Assembly (NCBI GenBank): GCA_017654855.1
Contig: CM030335.1
Span: forward strand, 434,001-498,000
Direction of reading: 5' to 3'
DNA: 64,000 bases
Source of the DNA: Podospora anserina
Taxonomy: Eukaryota
The notes under the pieces are model-generated. The model was not told where the DNA came from. It saw only the letters and a list, made by a program, of their open reading frames with translations, and ran no database searches. Made by a program: the position numbers and the translations under genes. Below, in pieces: positions 26,011 to 39,550 of this stretch. The stretch's first letter is position 1; every line of letters starts with the position of its first letter.

Positions 26011-26862
26011 GCGATGTCCAGTGTCGAGGGAGGAGAGGTAGATAGGAAGACAAAAGCATAGCCCACGGAGGGTCGAGTACATAATGTAGTACCATGTTCA
26101 AATATGCATTCTTTATGGATTATTAGACCATCAACACATCGCTTTTGAGATATTTGCCATTGGGATATGGCTGTGCATTGCATTCGGTGACGCTGACTGT
26201 GGGAAAATTGATATCTCGGCTCGTGATCCATATATGTGGAAGAATAGTAGCATTGCGCTGATGGTATGACCGTAGACTTGCCCCTTTCAATCTCGAACAG
26301 GAGAACTTGCGCACCGGGGTTAGTTTCAGGAGACATTATATGATCTTCCAGAGGCTAACTATCTAGCGCTAAGTCAGGAACCGCTTACCCCTACAGCGCG
26401 AATCTTCTGATCTTCGGTAAGCACCAGGTGCATGATACTTACCTGCAATGGGTGCATTTGCTACGAGACTGGGGATTTACGCCTGCTCGTTCAGCCTCGT
26501 GTTAGCACTCATGGCAGGCCTTATGAACCACACGTCGTGGCGAGCGAGGAGTTTAGCCGAGTATCACGACTCACTGGAAGCATGGTTCCAGGTTGTCAGC
26601 GTCACAACAGGACCATGACTGCTGTTGGCGGTAGCTTCATCACGAGGATAGTGAGCAACAGATTACGTGAGTTCAATGGCGATGGAACATGGCTACGGTC
26701 GAGTGATATGGTTCCACTGCCCGTCAAGAAGCCCTCATCTCTGGATCAGAGCGAGCAGTGTGTATATAAGGACACGTCATCGCTTTTAAACATTACTCTC
26801 TCATCACCAACTCATTCACCATCACCACCACTAGCCAAACAACCTAACCCAACACCACCAAG

Positions 26863-27461
26863 ATGCCTTTCACCTGGTACCGAGGCCCAGTCTCCAACTC
26901 CCCCCCCCATGGGCCAGTGGAAGCCTTTTGAAGAAATCTTCAACCTCGACAAGCCCGAAATGTTCCAAACTGGCAACACCGGCGAGGATATCGGCCCTAT
27001 CTGGAACTCCGTCCTCGAGTGCGCCAAGATCGGCGTCGACGAGCGCGTCATCTTCTGCATCATCATGCAAGAGTCCAGCGGCGACGTCGGTGTCCGAACC
27101 ACGTGGAACATGGATGAAGTGGTGACTGCCGGGCTGATGCAGGCTTCTGGCAGTCCTGGGTATCCCGGGTAGCATGGTCTTACGCAGGTATGTGGAGACT
27201 TTCGACGAAAGAGGGAGAATCTACCTACACTGACAAGTTGGTGGTAGTATCAAATTACTGGCATGGTCTGCCATGGAACGGAGCACTACAAGCGAAATTT
27301 GAGGGAGTTTGGAAACCAGCGGAATGCGGATACTATTTACAAGGCTTTGAGATGCTTATAATTCGGGGAGGGTGAACCAGGGGAATTTGAGTCATGGGTT
27401 GGGAGCTACCGCGGCGTATGTAAGTGTTATGGCGAACCGTCTTTGTGGTCGTCTATCTTGA
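26863..27461 (+). pseudogene. Lysozyme-like (SLT/muramidase-type) gene, disrupted
   Basis: IFCIIMQESSG, GLMQ and ALRAYNSG..YVS..ANRL motifs. Frameshift in a poly-C run near 26900, in-frame TAG 27170-27172, second frameshift near 27353. Confidence 0.75.
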
Positions 27462-28063
27462 GTGCCGCCTGGGGAACAACGACACGGGGGCGGAGGACCT
27501 CAAGTTGGTTTGGTTTGGATTCGTAATTAAATTTACACATTTCCGGGCAGAAGAGTATATTTTGATTTGTTTTCCGCGGTTTTTATTTCTATTAACCTCG
27601 TTCTCTAATCTGTTCGACACTGGAACATCATGCTATGAAACGAGAGGTTCTTGTTTGGTGGGATATGTGGTGTGTGAAAATTTGCCCAATCCAACTGCAG
27701 AAGGAAGGCGGAATCAGGTGGACATTCCAAATGATGGGAAGTGGCGGCGTACTATGATCAATGGATGTGTCAAATCCATCTGAATATCCCTTATGACTTT
27801 GCTCCCAGAAGTGGAAAGCCCTGTTTGTCGGAGACTTCTCAAGACCCACTCAGACTTGCTTTGATGGCGTTGGAAATGTTGCAACTCCCGTTGTTTTAAA
27901 GTCAGAAAGTAGACACTAGTCAAACCACATATTTTTACGCACACTTTCCTCTATTTTCTCCTTACCTCCTCCGTGCCCCTTTTTTCATTAGTGTCCCAAG
28001 GCCAGCTGATTACCACGCCGCTACACGATTAATATGTGCATATCAGCCATGCTCGCCGGCTTC

Positions 28064-29450
28064 ATGTCGGCAGTCCAAGTGCGATCCAGCCTGCCAGCTC
28101 CCTTGTAAATGGGCCGACTTGTTCCACCTCGGCGATCCGGTATTGGAATTCTTTGTCAACCTTCCGCCGCTCTCCCATCACTATCCAAAGGGGCTGGTAA
28201 GCGACTGGAAGTTAGAAACGGCGGACCACTACCGGGTGTGCGGAGCCGCTGTATGCTTCCTGGAATCCAGCGACGAAAGACCAAGCGCCGACAGAGAGCT
28301 CTCAAATATGCTTCAGAGGATGGGAGATCATCTTTCGGGTGCGTACGAGAGAGAAATAACGCTCTATCTTGTTCAGCACCCCAGGATGGAGGTTGACAAA
28401 CGGCCCGAGGCGCGTGCGAAAGAAGCCTCCATCAAATACTACCGTTGGCTGGCGAGAGGACGCAGAGATGCGGAGACACCGTGGATGTTCAAGATTGCCG
28501 CAAAGAGTGTGGATACGAAGAACTCTTGGCATGGACTGGAGGCAGACGGTAAGACAATATTAAGTTCCTAAAGTTTGGTGGTGTTGGACTTAAAAACTGA
28601 TCAGGTATAGGTATCGTATACAGGGTTGCTCAAGATGGATCATGAAAATCCGGAAGTCAAGAAGCTTTACCGGGCCTTTTTCATGTATGAAGAGGAATTT
28701 GAGATGTTCCTGGTGAATGTATACGGGGCGCGCAGATGCAAAAAGCATACGTCGACGACACTCTAGCCTTCGCCGAGGTGTCCGAGGTCAACGGAGTACT
28801 GTTGGTTAATCTCACGAGCAAACAACCGCTCATTTGCGGCATGCTGAGAAGATCGACCAGAAGAGCGATGCTGATGCACATGCGCTGCGAGATGCCTGCA
28901 GGCGAGGGTTGGCCTTTGTGAAAGTTATTCCTCGAGCGCGAGTTATCCCTTTACCAACCACGTCATGATTGGAAAGCTAAACTTTAATGGTGTTTTAGCC
29001 GTTTGCAAGAAGATCAAATTCCTGCGAGCAACCACACGAAACGTGGCAAGACCGATCCTCTGCCGCCATCCTGAAGAAGAAACGCTCAACACCAATGTCA
29101 CGCACTGTGTGATGTTGGTGGAGCTCAAGTACGGGTTGAAGTACATCCTTGACCCAACAGGAGCTCAGTATGGGTGGACCGAGACTATACTTCCATCTCA
29201 AACTTTCAAGCAGTACCGCATGACGAAACATACCCATCATTCAGGCCCCTCTGATGATCGCTCCGTATATTGGGACGAACGGCTCCATGACATCACAACG
29301 CAAACCTCATCGGAATTTCAGCAACAATATGGTCAAGACATCCCGACGATTCTTGGGCCCCCAGACCATTAGAAGTTTCTAGAGAATCACGCTTTGTTCC
29401 TGGGGGAGATGGAGCGCACCATGAAGACACCGCCAACGCCATGAAGCTTC
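28064..29450 (+). pseudogene. Degraded hypothetical gene (HxV..LDPTGAQYGW motif family)
   Basis: Several short same-strand ORFs with protein-like composition in different frames, including HCVMLVE..YILDPTGAQYGWTE. Boundaries approximate. Confidence 0.45.
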
Positions 29451-29662
29451 TGTGAGGCTGATCATGAACCCAAAGTAGGTTCTAGACTGTGGGGATATGG
29501 GGGATAGTGAAGTGATCACGCTTTCCTCTCCCCATGTTTCGCGGTGTCGAGCCTTCATGTAAAATGTTCATTCAAAACCTTCACGGCTTGACGAAAATCA
29601 AAAAGAAATACCTGGGACGAAAGATACACGGCAATCAGATCCCGCGTAATCCGCAAGGGGTG

Positions 29663-29783
29663 GTTGCCCAGGGGGGTTTTGGGCTCAGGAGCCCTAAGAC
29701 TTGGTCCGTCTAGAAACAAGAGATACGCAATACAAGTTCTATCATAAATTCAGTCGAACAATGGGAAACCATAATTCAAATAC
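29663..29783 (+). repeat. Copy 1 of a ~120-bp diverged direct repeat (copy 2 at 34235-34350)
   Basis: Shared blocks gttgcccagg, tgggctcaggagccc, acgcaatacaagtt, ttcagtc, aacaatgggaaac in the same order and spacing. Confidence 0.8.
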
Positions 29784-31776
29784 TTTTTGGTGTTGATATA
29801 TGTGGCAGGCAGTCTCTTTCTCATCTTATCGGACGCTTGGACGACAAACAAGCTGCCAAGGGTACCAGACCGGGCTATAAGGGGGAACGATCATGTTCTC
29901 ACTCGGAGAAATCACTGTGTACCGTAGCTTCTCTAGCGTAGAAAAAAGGAACTTTCTTCATGTCGCATTATCGGGCGTATGCGAAGCCACGCTTCCGGAG
30001 TGGCGCATCTTGACCCCAGTACTTCTCGCTTGCTCCCAGTGGGAGCAGCGGTTCAGTGAATCCTTCAGACTTTGCCCCACCTACAAACACACTTTAAGGC
30101 GTCGACCTCGCGACGAAGTTCCGCATACGACGTATCCAATAGATGGCTCCCGTTGAGGAAGACAAGCTTTGCAATACGAGAGGGACATCGCATATGACGG
30201 GAGTCCGAAGTTGCCAAGTCGATACCTTTAAGTTAGCAGTATGATTGTGGTTGTCGGTTAATGAATGTTTCTGTGCGAGTACGGCGCAGATGGCTCGACT
30301 GAATCTTAGAGGGAAACATGCTGTCTGTCACTACGCTGCTTCGGTCACCGAAAGTAAATACAAACTACCACCACATTACTAAACTTTCGCACATTCTCAA
30401 GACACGGCCTCAGGGGAGTAGGCGAAGTGTTGAAACACCCTCACGACGATGGTTGGCTGTATCGTATCGCCGGGGTTCCAGACCGCCTCTAGGTATTCTG
30501 GCGCTAGATGGTGATGCAGCTGGATAGTGCCGTTGACAATCTCTTCCCGCATTTCCTGCCAGCATGAAGCGTTCGTTGATGCATCTGTCTCGCTCCTCGT
30601 TCATGAGTAGCCACCTATCACCACTGCTCTTCTGACATTCGAGATCTCTCGAATTTTGACATTTAACCGATTTCAATTTAGATTCAACTGCCATTCGTGT
30701 GGAAAAGATTACTGTCTTCGCCGGCATCCTCATCGCACCACTTCCAGCTATCAAGCACTCACGTCCTATTGCCAGCGGGTAGGTAAATACGTGACGACTG
30801 CACTGCGTCCCATAGCTTAAAGCAACGTACCTACCTTAGATGCTTCAAGGTTATCCCACGGCAACATCCCATTAGAGCTGGTTCAGTCACGTCCGGCGAG
30901 TTAGACCACAGACCCATGGTAAAGGATTCGTGATCCTGCAACTGCGACCCTGTGAATAGCGCCCTTCATGGTCTCGACAATTCTATTTGTCCACGTAGGG
31001 TTTACACCTGGTCGCAATCAACATGCTACCTGACTACTTTTGCGACCGAGATGGCCTGGCATTTTCCTTGCAAAGCGGTTCGCGGCTGTTCAAGCCGAGA
31101 AACAGGCCGTATTGCTGGATTGAGGTTCTGAACTATCAAAATTCGTTGTTAGCTGTATTTGCCAGGTTTTTGCGAGGTCCTAACTAGAAAACTGCTGTTT
31201 GACTAGTAGTGCGCCAGGAAGGGGGCTTTGCAGATAGATGCCCGTTTGTTCAGAAGTATTAGCTGGATTGTACGATGTCTGCACACACCCTCTGGACGGT
31301 CAACCTCTTTCACCAAGGTACTCAGGACTATCTGGCCGCCACTCCGGACAAGACCTGTGGCGGCAAGGGTGGCTACGGTGCCAGGTCTCCACCGGACCGG
31401 GGAGTCAAGGACTGATGACCTAGCGGCAGAAAGTAATCATGATTCCATCAACAGCTTTTGCCGTTCGAAGGATTCTAGAGCCTAGACAGACTGATCTTGG
31501 ACATGCGAGATCATGCCACAGCGCCATTGTTGAACGGTGGCCGGGGTTATCGTCGGTCAGACATGCGTGATTCTGGGATATAAAGAGTCGAGTCTCGACG
31601 TCTTTCCTCCTTTCTTTTGAGCAGCAGCCGCAGCAGCATCTTACCTCGCTCACCTCGACACTCCGCCACCTACCACTCTCAGATTCAGCCTTCTGTGCTC
31701 CACAAGTGAGTATTCCTGACTTGCATCGGCCTCAAACCCGCTCTGACTGATCACCGCAACCCCCTTTCTAGTCAAA

Positions 31777-32163
31777 ATGAAGTTCACCCTCGCAGCCGCA
31801 GCTTTTGCATTCCTAGCCAGCGCCGCCGACGCCGCCACCGCCAAGATCACCACCAGCTGGATCGTCAACGCCGGCCTTCTTCCCGTCACGACGTGTTATT
31901 ATCATGGCGAGGACGGCAAGACCTACTTCATGGGCGACTTCAGCGATGGCTGCCGCGGCACCAAGCACGATTGGGTTCGCCAGATCTGCGTAGACTCATC
32001 AAAGGCTAGGGCGCACATCACCTTTTCCGGCGGCACCAGGAGGTGCTTCAAGCAGACTTGGAGGAGCTCAGAGTGCGTCGGAACGGGACCTGAGTCCTGC
32101 TACAAGGGCATCTGCCCCACGTGCTCCAGGGCCGAATACACCCCGACTTCGTGCACCTGGTGA
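31777..32163 (+). CDS. Small secreted Cys-rich protein (128 aa), effector-like
   Basis: Signal peptide MKFTLAAAAFAFLASAADA, Cys-rich mature part, TATA-like tataaa near 31579, probable 5'-UTR intron ending at 31771, CAAAATG context. Confidence 0.85.
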   Translation: MKFTLAAAAFAFLASAADAATAKITTSWIVNAGLLPVTTCYYHGEDGKTYFMGDFSDGCRGTKHDWVRQICVDSSKARAHITFSGGTRRCFKQTWRSSECVGTGPESCYKGICPTCSRAEYTPTSCTW

Positions 32164-32656
32164 GAGCTGAAGGCAGTCGAACCGGTTTACCATCCAGGAG
32201 AAGCTCGGTTGTCTTGGTTGGTTGAGACTTCTCAGGCAGCCTGCCATGTATCCGATATTCAATTGAGGCTTTTGTTTTGAAGTTTTTATTTCCATTCATT
32301 CTTTCATGAGGAACTGGTTTAGTGGTAATAGGTGACTTGGAAAATATGGGGGTTCAACAAGATTCCATAGCTCAATTCATAATGATCTTCGTTGGCTTCT
32401 TGCGTCCTTGATGCTTTTGTGAATGATTCTCGTCATTCCCCCTTGCCTTATGCCGCATCAACGAGCTTGCCGGATGAATTGTTTATATGCACTCCCTAGC
32501 ACGGTGATGCCGCTCTAACGATGAATATACCTGTAGGCTAAACGCGATAACATAAGCGAGCAAGATAAGGCTTTGATTATCTGTATTTTCAACATCTCGA
32601 TCCTTTGTCCATGGAACGGCGTCTGTTTATCATCAAATTCAGCATACCAACTAAAC

Positions 32657-33706
32657 ATGACCTACCGTGACATACCATGCGACTTCCCCCTCGACGAGCT
32701 CAGCTCTGACTCCGAGCTCGGTAATCTTGGAAATCCCTTGACCAGGCGAAAATTACATCCCGCCGATGAAAACGTCGGCCCTGAGCATGCAAAACGTTTG
32801 AGGGCACTGTGGGATCCTCAGCCGCTGGACAACCTGCCAAAGAAGGACCTGGATAGGATTGATGCGGAGAATACTTTCATGAGGTCCCAACTGGAGATTG
32901 CCGTCAAGTTCATTTAAGAGAATCACAAGAGTCAAGGATGAGTAACCTGACCTAGTCCTTCAAATAGCGAATAAGCAATCTCCGTGGAATGAGATAATAA
33001 CTGACTTTTGCAATTTTTTTAGACCTTCCACCAGCCATTAAAGCTCTTGTTCAGTCACGTCAAAAGTCAGCAAAGGCCACAGCCGACGAGTTGAAAAACC
33101 GCATCGAGCATGTCTATAGCGAGCGCTACACTGGTCCGGGCAGTCCATTCAACCCAGCCAGCCATGTTGCAGTTCCTGGATTCAATCAGAAAAATGCTGG
33201 ATCTAAACGATGCCCACGCCGCAAAAGAAGCCTATAAATGCGTTGTCTTCCCAAGCAGCCGATGGTATGATCGAAATTCCGACCACCAGTACGAATCCGG
33301 TTACTCAAGTGACGACTTTTACGACGATGAAGACGATTTCGATTCTGAAAGCGAAACTGACGAGGGTGAAGCGAATAGTCCCTAGGTTGCCCGCCTAAAG
33401 TATATTGTCGACGATAATGAGTACATCCGTGCAAAGTTCCCGATCAAGGAGCATGATAATCTGCTTGACAAGCTTTTTGTTGATGTGATCAAGAAGAGAA
33501 CGGAGGATGGGAAGCGGTGGAGTTGGGGGTATAAGTTGTGTGATTTGAATAAAGAAGCGGACGATCTCCTTTCAGAAATTGGTGTTGAGCACTGGTTTCC
33601 AAAATCACGAGAGTTGTTGCAGAAGATTGAGGAAGCGAACCCAAAGAAGGAGATGGCAGTATATGAGCCGTCAAAGAGGAAGAAACGGGCATATCAGGAA
33701 GACTGA
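32657..33706 (+). pseudogene. Hypothetical gene with in-frame nonsense codons
   Basis: ATG 32657 and stops TAA 32915-32917 and TAG 33383-33385. ORFs 33110 and 33485 are in the same frame across the second stop. Confidence 0.6.
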
Positions 33707-34234
33707 GGCGAACGTCGTCCAAAGCACCACGCAGATTGGGTATCAGGAATCGGCGCTTATAGTAACTTGAACCTCTAGATCAATGCAAAAGAGATGGTTT
33801 GAGCATTTCAATCTATTTTTATTCGAATTGACCCCCTTTGTGGAGGCTTCATCAAGGTTTTGAAGGCTTTCTGGTTCTAGTTTTTTTTAAAAACCTTTTC
33901 TTGGATACGGCATGGGGCTGACACAATGTCAAGGCTTAAAAGGCGTACAGAAAACTGCTCGGTTTTTATTTCTTTCTTAGCTTACAATTCGGTTCTCAGC
34001 GTCAAGTTACCTTATACTCCGCCTCGACCGGGGAACACCGAGCCACCCACTGTGCCCACTATTGTGCGAAAAACAACCATTCAGACGAGTCGTCACCACA
34101 TTGTTTTCACCGCCAACCTTCTTTGAGTTTTATCATCTAAATTGGCGATTCCTACCACCTAATCCAACCCCTCAGTGATCAGCAACACCAAATCAGATAA
34201 GATTTCTCTACAGGAAATGGACCAAGAGTAGTTA

Positions 34235-34350
34235 GTTGCCCAGGTGGTCTTGGGCTCAGGAGCCCAAACACGTCAGTGTAGGAACAACGAACACGCAATA
34301 CAAGTTATATCCAAAGTTCAGTCCAACAATGGGAAACTATGATTTAAATA
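34235..34350 (+). repeat. Copy 2 of the ~120-bp diverged direct repeat
   Basis: Aligns by eye to 29663-29783. Confidence 0.8.
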
Positions 34351-34691
34351 TCATTTTAGTATACATAGATAAATACAGATTAATACCGCACCCGGGCTTT
34401 AATATCTCCTTGATAAAGTATTGGATAGGTAATCCAGGGGAGATTTATGCGATGTACACAGCAGCTCTTATCCAACAATATATTTCCGGCTCCACTAAAA
34501 GTAAGGTAGCCGCTACCTACTTGCATCTCTACATTCTCAAAGTCAACCTATATGCTAGAAAGAAAGAACGGTGATATGCAGACCACCAAGAGATCAGGAA
34601 AACATATTCCTCAAAAGAATGAACGGCTCATAATCGAAACTCCCCTTGTTCCACTCCTTAAATCACCTCTGTCATCTTCTGTCTTCAGTGT

Positions 34692-35256
34692 TTACTGCTG
34701 CTCAGCCACCTCCACAGCCCCAGAGCCGCCAGCTGCTGTGCGGAACTGTCTGGTGTTGCAACGCCAGGAGCTGATGCGGTCGCTGAAGAAGCCGTTGCCA
34801 TCGTGAAGATTGGCATCCTCCTGGTTACCGTAAGAGCGGCCTCCGCAGTTGGAGTGTCTTTGAACGGAAATGTTAGCGTTACTACAAAGATACAAGAAAA
34901 AGAACGGTGATGGTAATACTTACTCATACCAGACACAGTGGAAGCGGCTCTTGTCAAGGTTGCGGATGGAGCTGATGCGGTCATTGTAGCTGCCGGGGAC
35001 ATTGACTGGGTGGTGGTTGGGTTAGGTTTCTAGCTTTTCGGGTTGAATCAGGCTGGTAATGTATCTTACAGCATGAACCGGGGTTGGATCCAAAGGTTTG
35101 GCACGGGTTGCCCCAGCGAGCGTTCTGGCAGGCAAACACAAAGGCCGTGTTCTGACGAGCCGTGATGCTGCTGTCAGATGAGGTATCCACTGCAGGGGCA
35201 GCGGTGGCTGAGAGGACGCCCATGGCGATGAGGATGGTGGTCTTCAGGTTGAACAT
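34692..35256 (-). CDS. Secreted beta/gamma-crystallin-like protein, paralog B (exons 35256-35070, 35005-34924, 34857-34692)
   Basis: Signal peptide, YNDRISSI, NQEDANLHDGNG..SDRISSWRC; same intron positions as paralog A. Confidence 0.85.
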
Positions 35257-36701
35257 TTTGAAAGTGCGGAATGGTGGTATTGTATGTGCTAGGGTACTGG
35301 AGCGTCGTTCTTGATGCTGTGTGTGGTCGATGATGATGATGATGATGGAAACTTGAATGACGAGGAAAGGCTGCCACATTTATACTTCCTTTCAGCTCTG
35401 ATCTAGCTACTTCGAATCCTTCAAGAACCGCACAATACTTGCACCTCACAGATGAATGACAAATCTCAGTATCATCACGAATCAAAACCATCATCATTGG
35501 CGATGATGCGTGGTAAAGTCTGCGCCTTGGATCATCATTCTCGGCTTCCCAGATAGGATAACCAAAGCCTTTTGGTAGGAACACTCTTGAGACATAAACA
35601 CATGGTTGATTCACTTGCAGTTATTCAGCCATACAGCCTACGTTTTCGAATGAACAACAGACAGAGTTGAAGACAGACTTCAAGAAGGTTGATACTGGGA
35701 CATGGGGAAACAAGCCCATGACGTATCCATGTATCTTGGTGTTGGTTACTAAACTTTGCATTATAGACCTCACACGAAACCGGAAAGACCACCACACGTT
35801 TGAGCCGTCTTTTACATGTCTTGGTACTGAATATCATGTGTATTGTAGGTAGACAGACAGACGGAGGTTTCCATCTGTTTGGTCGGTCTTACTCAAAGTG
35901 ATCAAAGAGACCGATGTCTTGGTTTGTCACCCTTCATCGTGGCGTAGCTGACGGATTCTCCAATACTTTTTATCCTACAAACTAGAACCTTCCTACTTGT
36001 GTCTAGGTCTTATGTGCTGTCTCACAGCCTTGTGGCTCTGTGAGCTGGCGTCTGACAATGCGGCCCCCAATGATCTACAAATCACTGCATTTCGGCCCCT
36101 GGCATCCAGATCAACCACATCATGATGACCATTGAAGGAAGAACTCTGAAACATCATGTCATCAAAACAATTGTTGATTTATAGTAAGGGACCTTGGCTG
36201 CAATTAAGGGACTGGAATGTTTTTCTGTCAGCATGTCAAAATGAGCTCCTGGTGGAATGAAGATGTCGGGAACTTGTGGTTGTCGATCATGCACAAAGTC
36301 CTAGCAGAACGTGACATTGAGTGCTCACAAATCATCCCTTGTCTCCAATACCGCTTAGGATGTCTATTCTTCTCATGGATAGATGCGACTATCTCACGGT
36401 TATGCCAAGCACGAGAAGCAAAATCGCAGGTAAAAGTTGTCTTTACTGTCTGCCTCACCAAGCGAGGACTGGCTGACCTCTGCTAGCTATGTATGTTTTC
36501 TATCTACTAGACCAGATGTCCCCATACCACAGAAGTAGAGAACCCGCGCAGAGGTAAAATGAAGTAAAAAGAATGACCGTCCAAAAGGCGTACTGTGAAC
36601 CGCCAGATCTCACAAGAAAAAAACATCTCCGAAATTCTGAACCATGAGTTGAATGTGAACGGTTGCTGATCACCAACACAGCTAGCTGAGTGCAAACCAC
36701 G

Positions 36702-37256
36702 TTAGGCCTCGACCTCAGTGGCGTTCTCCGCCTCAGCAGTGCGGAACTGCTTGCGGTTGCAGCGCCAGGAGCTGATGCGGTCGTTCCAGAAACCGTTGCC
36801 GTCGTTAAGCTTGGCATCCTCCTGGTTGCTGTAGCTAGCACCCTGGCAGTCGTAATGCCTGAGATCATGTCAGTTGTCTAGAATAGTTAATGGGTTCTGG
36901 GGATCGAGATGAACTTACTCATACCACACGCACTGGAAGCGACCCTTGTCCTGGTTGCGGATGGCGCTGATGGAGTTGTCCCAGTCGCCGGGGATACCAA
37001 CTAGAGAGATAATCTATGAGTATCACATACTTGGGGGGCATGTGGGTGGTCGAAAATGGGAAAGGAGCTTACTGCACTGGCCTGCAAGACCTTCGAGGAG
37101 GCGGCACGGCTGGCCCCAGTTGGTGTTCTGGCAAGCCCAGACATAGGCAGTGTCGTCGAGAGCGACAACGGTGTCGCTGTCGACGGCCGCGGGAGCAGCA
37201 GAGACAGAGACGCCGCCGAGGGCGAGAAGAGTGACGAGGGCCTTGATGCTGAACAT
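36702..37256 (-). CDS. Secreted beta/gamma-crystallin-like protein, paralog C (exons 37256-37073, 37000-36919, 36858-36702)
   Basis: Signal peptide, WDNSISAI, NQEDAKLNDGNG..NDRISSWRC; same intron positions as A and B. Confidence 0.85.
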
Positions 37257-39550
37257 TTTGACAAGAGTGGTAAGGACAAGTGATAGTTGTCTGGAGGCGG
37301 TTTCTTGAGTTGATGGAAGAGGTCTGCTGTCTTGCTGATGTCCGAAACTGGTGAAGAACTTGAATCTTGTTACGGGGCTAGATGGCCGCCTCTTATACTT
37401 TTCCCGCTCCCTCCTTCGTCTTTCAACGACTCGCCAAGGATAGTATTCTCCTCTCCAACTTCCAACCGCATCCAATCATGGCATCTGCTCACCACGCCCC
37501 CTCAACCTTCACCGAATGGTTACCTGACATGTATCACTACGTGCTTGTGATTCATTGAACGTGTTGGGTGCTCCGTGAGTAGCAACATGCAATCCAACCT
37601 CCCGTCTTAGTCATGAGACTTTGTTTACAAGAAAATTCTCTTCATCCGGGCAGTCACCACCAGACACTCGTATCGTGAATCATGAAACCATTTTGGGCTA
37701 GCCTATAATATCAACCTGCTTCACTTCAATCTCTATGCTGGCTACTCGTAGGTACGAACCCGATATGCTTGGCATTCTAAACCCTTCCCGCTTGCGGCTC
37801 GGTCCTCAACGCGAGTGACATGCCTACACCACCTGCAGTTCACCATCTGCAGTTGGCGATCATGGGTTACATCCCGACAGTTTCCGGGGATTTGTCGCTG
37901 CTTATAAGCATGACATTGAACAAAAAGCATTGCATGATCTACCTAACTCAACACAACCAACAGCCACGTTGGTAAGCTCAGACAAATTGTCTGCCGGCCA
38001 CACCACTGCATGGAATGGGAATAAAACGGTTAAGATAAAGTTTCCGGCAGCATCTTGAGTCTGTTTTGGGAAATTCGTCTATCTCTATGAAGTGTAAAGA
38101 GGGAAGGTGACAATCAGGATGCAGGGGTAACCGGCTGAATTGCCTCACCATTGGTGTTGAGCTGGCATGGCAAGTTTCCAGCGGCTCAGCTGACAGGGTA
38201 AAGACGCCCACCAATCCAATTTACCTACAGGAATAAATCTGAACAAGAAAGATCACCGCATGTCGGGTACTTTCACCTTGAGAAGACATCGCCATGGAAG
38301 CTGATCGACGCTGTTTATTACCCAACACCTGTAGAGATATATAGCACCCGGCTTATTCTGTGGGTAGGATGTCCCTTGGTTCCACAACACGCGTGTAGCA
38401 TAGCATCAACCAACTTGACATCCGTTGGCTGCTACTCCCCTTGCTGTCTAGGACACAGGCCATGGATGAACCCCTGAGACATTACCTTCCTGAATAAGAT
38501 GAGGCTAGAGGCGGTCAGCACCTCATCAGTAATGAAGCCCCGCGGTGACGATAGGATCGCAGCATCCAATTTTAGTATCATGTTATGACCTGTTGTTAAA
38601 CAGAGGCTGACACGGAAAAAGGCTTAGCTGGTTTAGGTCCCGAACGTAGTGATGTAGGAAGACGATAGGAAGTTAACCTACATGTTCTTGTGCGCGTATC
38701 GTTGTTCGTAACGATGCATACCCAGTGTTGCGGACTCTCCAGCACCGATACACGGAGACTGCCTGGCACCTTCCTCACCCCTTCAATAAAGCCATTTGCA
38801 GGTATTCACTGCCTGTTTCCTTTCTCGTTAAACCTTGTGCCGTAGGATTTGTTGTGGAGTGATTGGGCATGGATTTACAGTAAACGGCCACTTTTGAACT
38901 TGTTGGTCACATCATGCGTGCCGGGAGCTCCATGAGACGTTGCTCACTTAGCGACCATATCGTCTTGTTTGCGGTCAAAGACCAGGGTCAAGAGTGCCTT
39001 GCTAGTCTAGACTGAAGTTTATTAGATGGCGTAGGGGTCAGGGAAGGCCCGATCGGGCTCCATTGTCCCGAATCCCGATGCCAATGATTGCTTTGGCTTC
39101 CTCAAGTACATGTGGTAAGAAGTGAAAGCCTTGCAGGCCTGTTTCTTTTCAACTTCCTTTGGAGCCTTCTCCTCCTACGTTTGGGATCCGTCCTCTCACC
39201 AACACTCGCCTGATGTCGCGGGAAGGTAGACCAGTGTAATATATACGTCTTCTCATTAATTGCTACACTCTTGTGAGATGCCTGTAGCTAATATTGTTCG
39301 CACTAATGGTATACACCTATGTGATCGAACAGGTTGATGTGTTTATACTTGATTCCATATTTGTGTTAAAGTGGTGTGAAAACAATGGGGGTAGATGGGA
39401 AGATGATACTGAACACCAATGGTCAAGCCCTTGATCAATATGTTCCTACCTACCTAGGAACAACCTTATCATTGTCACTTCCGGTTGCCACTTACAAAAC
39501 CAAAGGTTTGGGTGTCGGACCACACCTTTTGTCAAGCATCCCACAGCTTG

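Noticed and set aside
24607-26082. 491-aa minus-strand ORF (likewise 1997-3103, 5682-6539, 19918-20529)
   Set aside because: Antisense shadows of real genes with strong codon bias.
29890-30760. Short ORFs that could be a further gene remnant
   Set aside because: No recognisable motif or consistent frame.
35256-37256. Paralogs B and C start exactly 2000 bp apart
   Set aside because: Introns and flanks are not similar; treated as coincidence.
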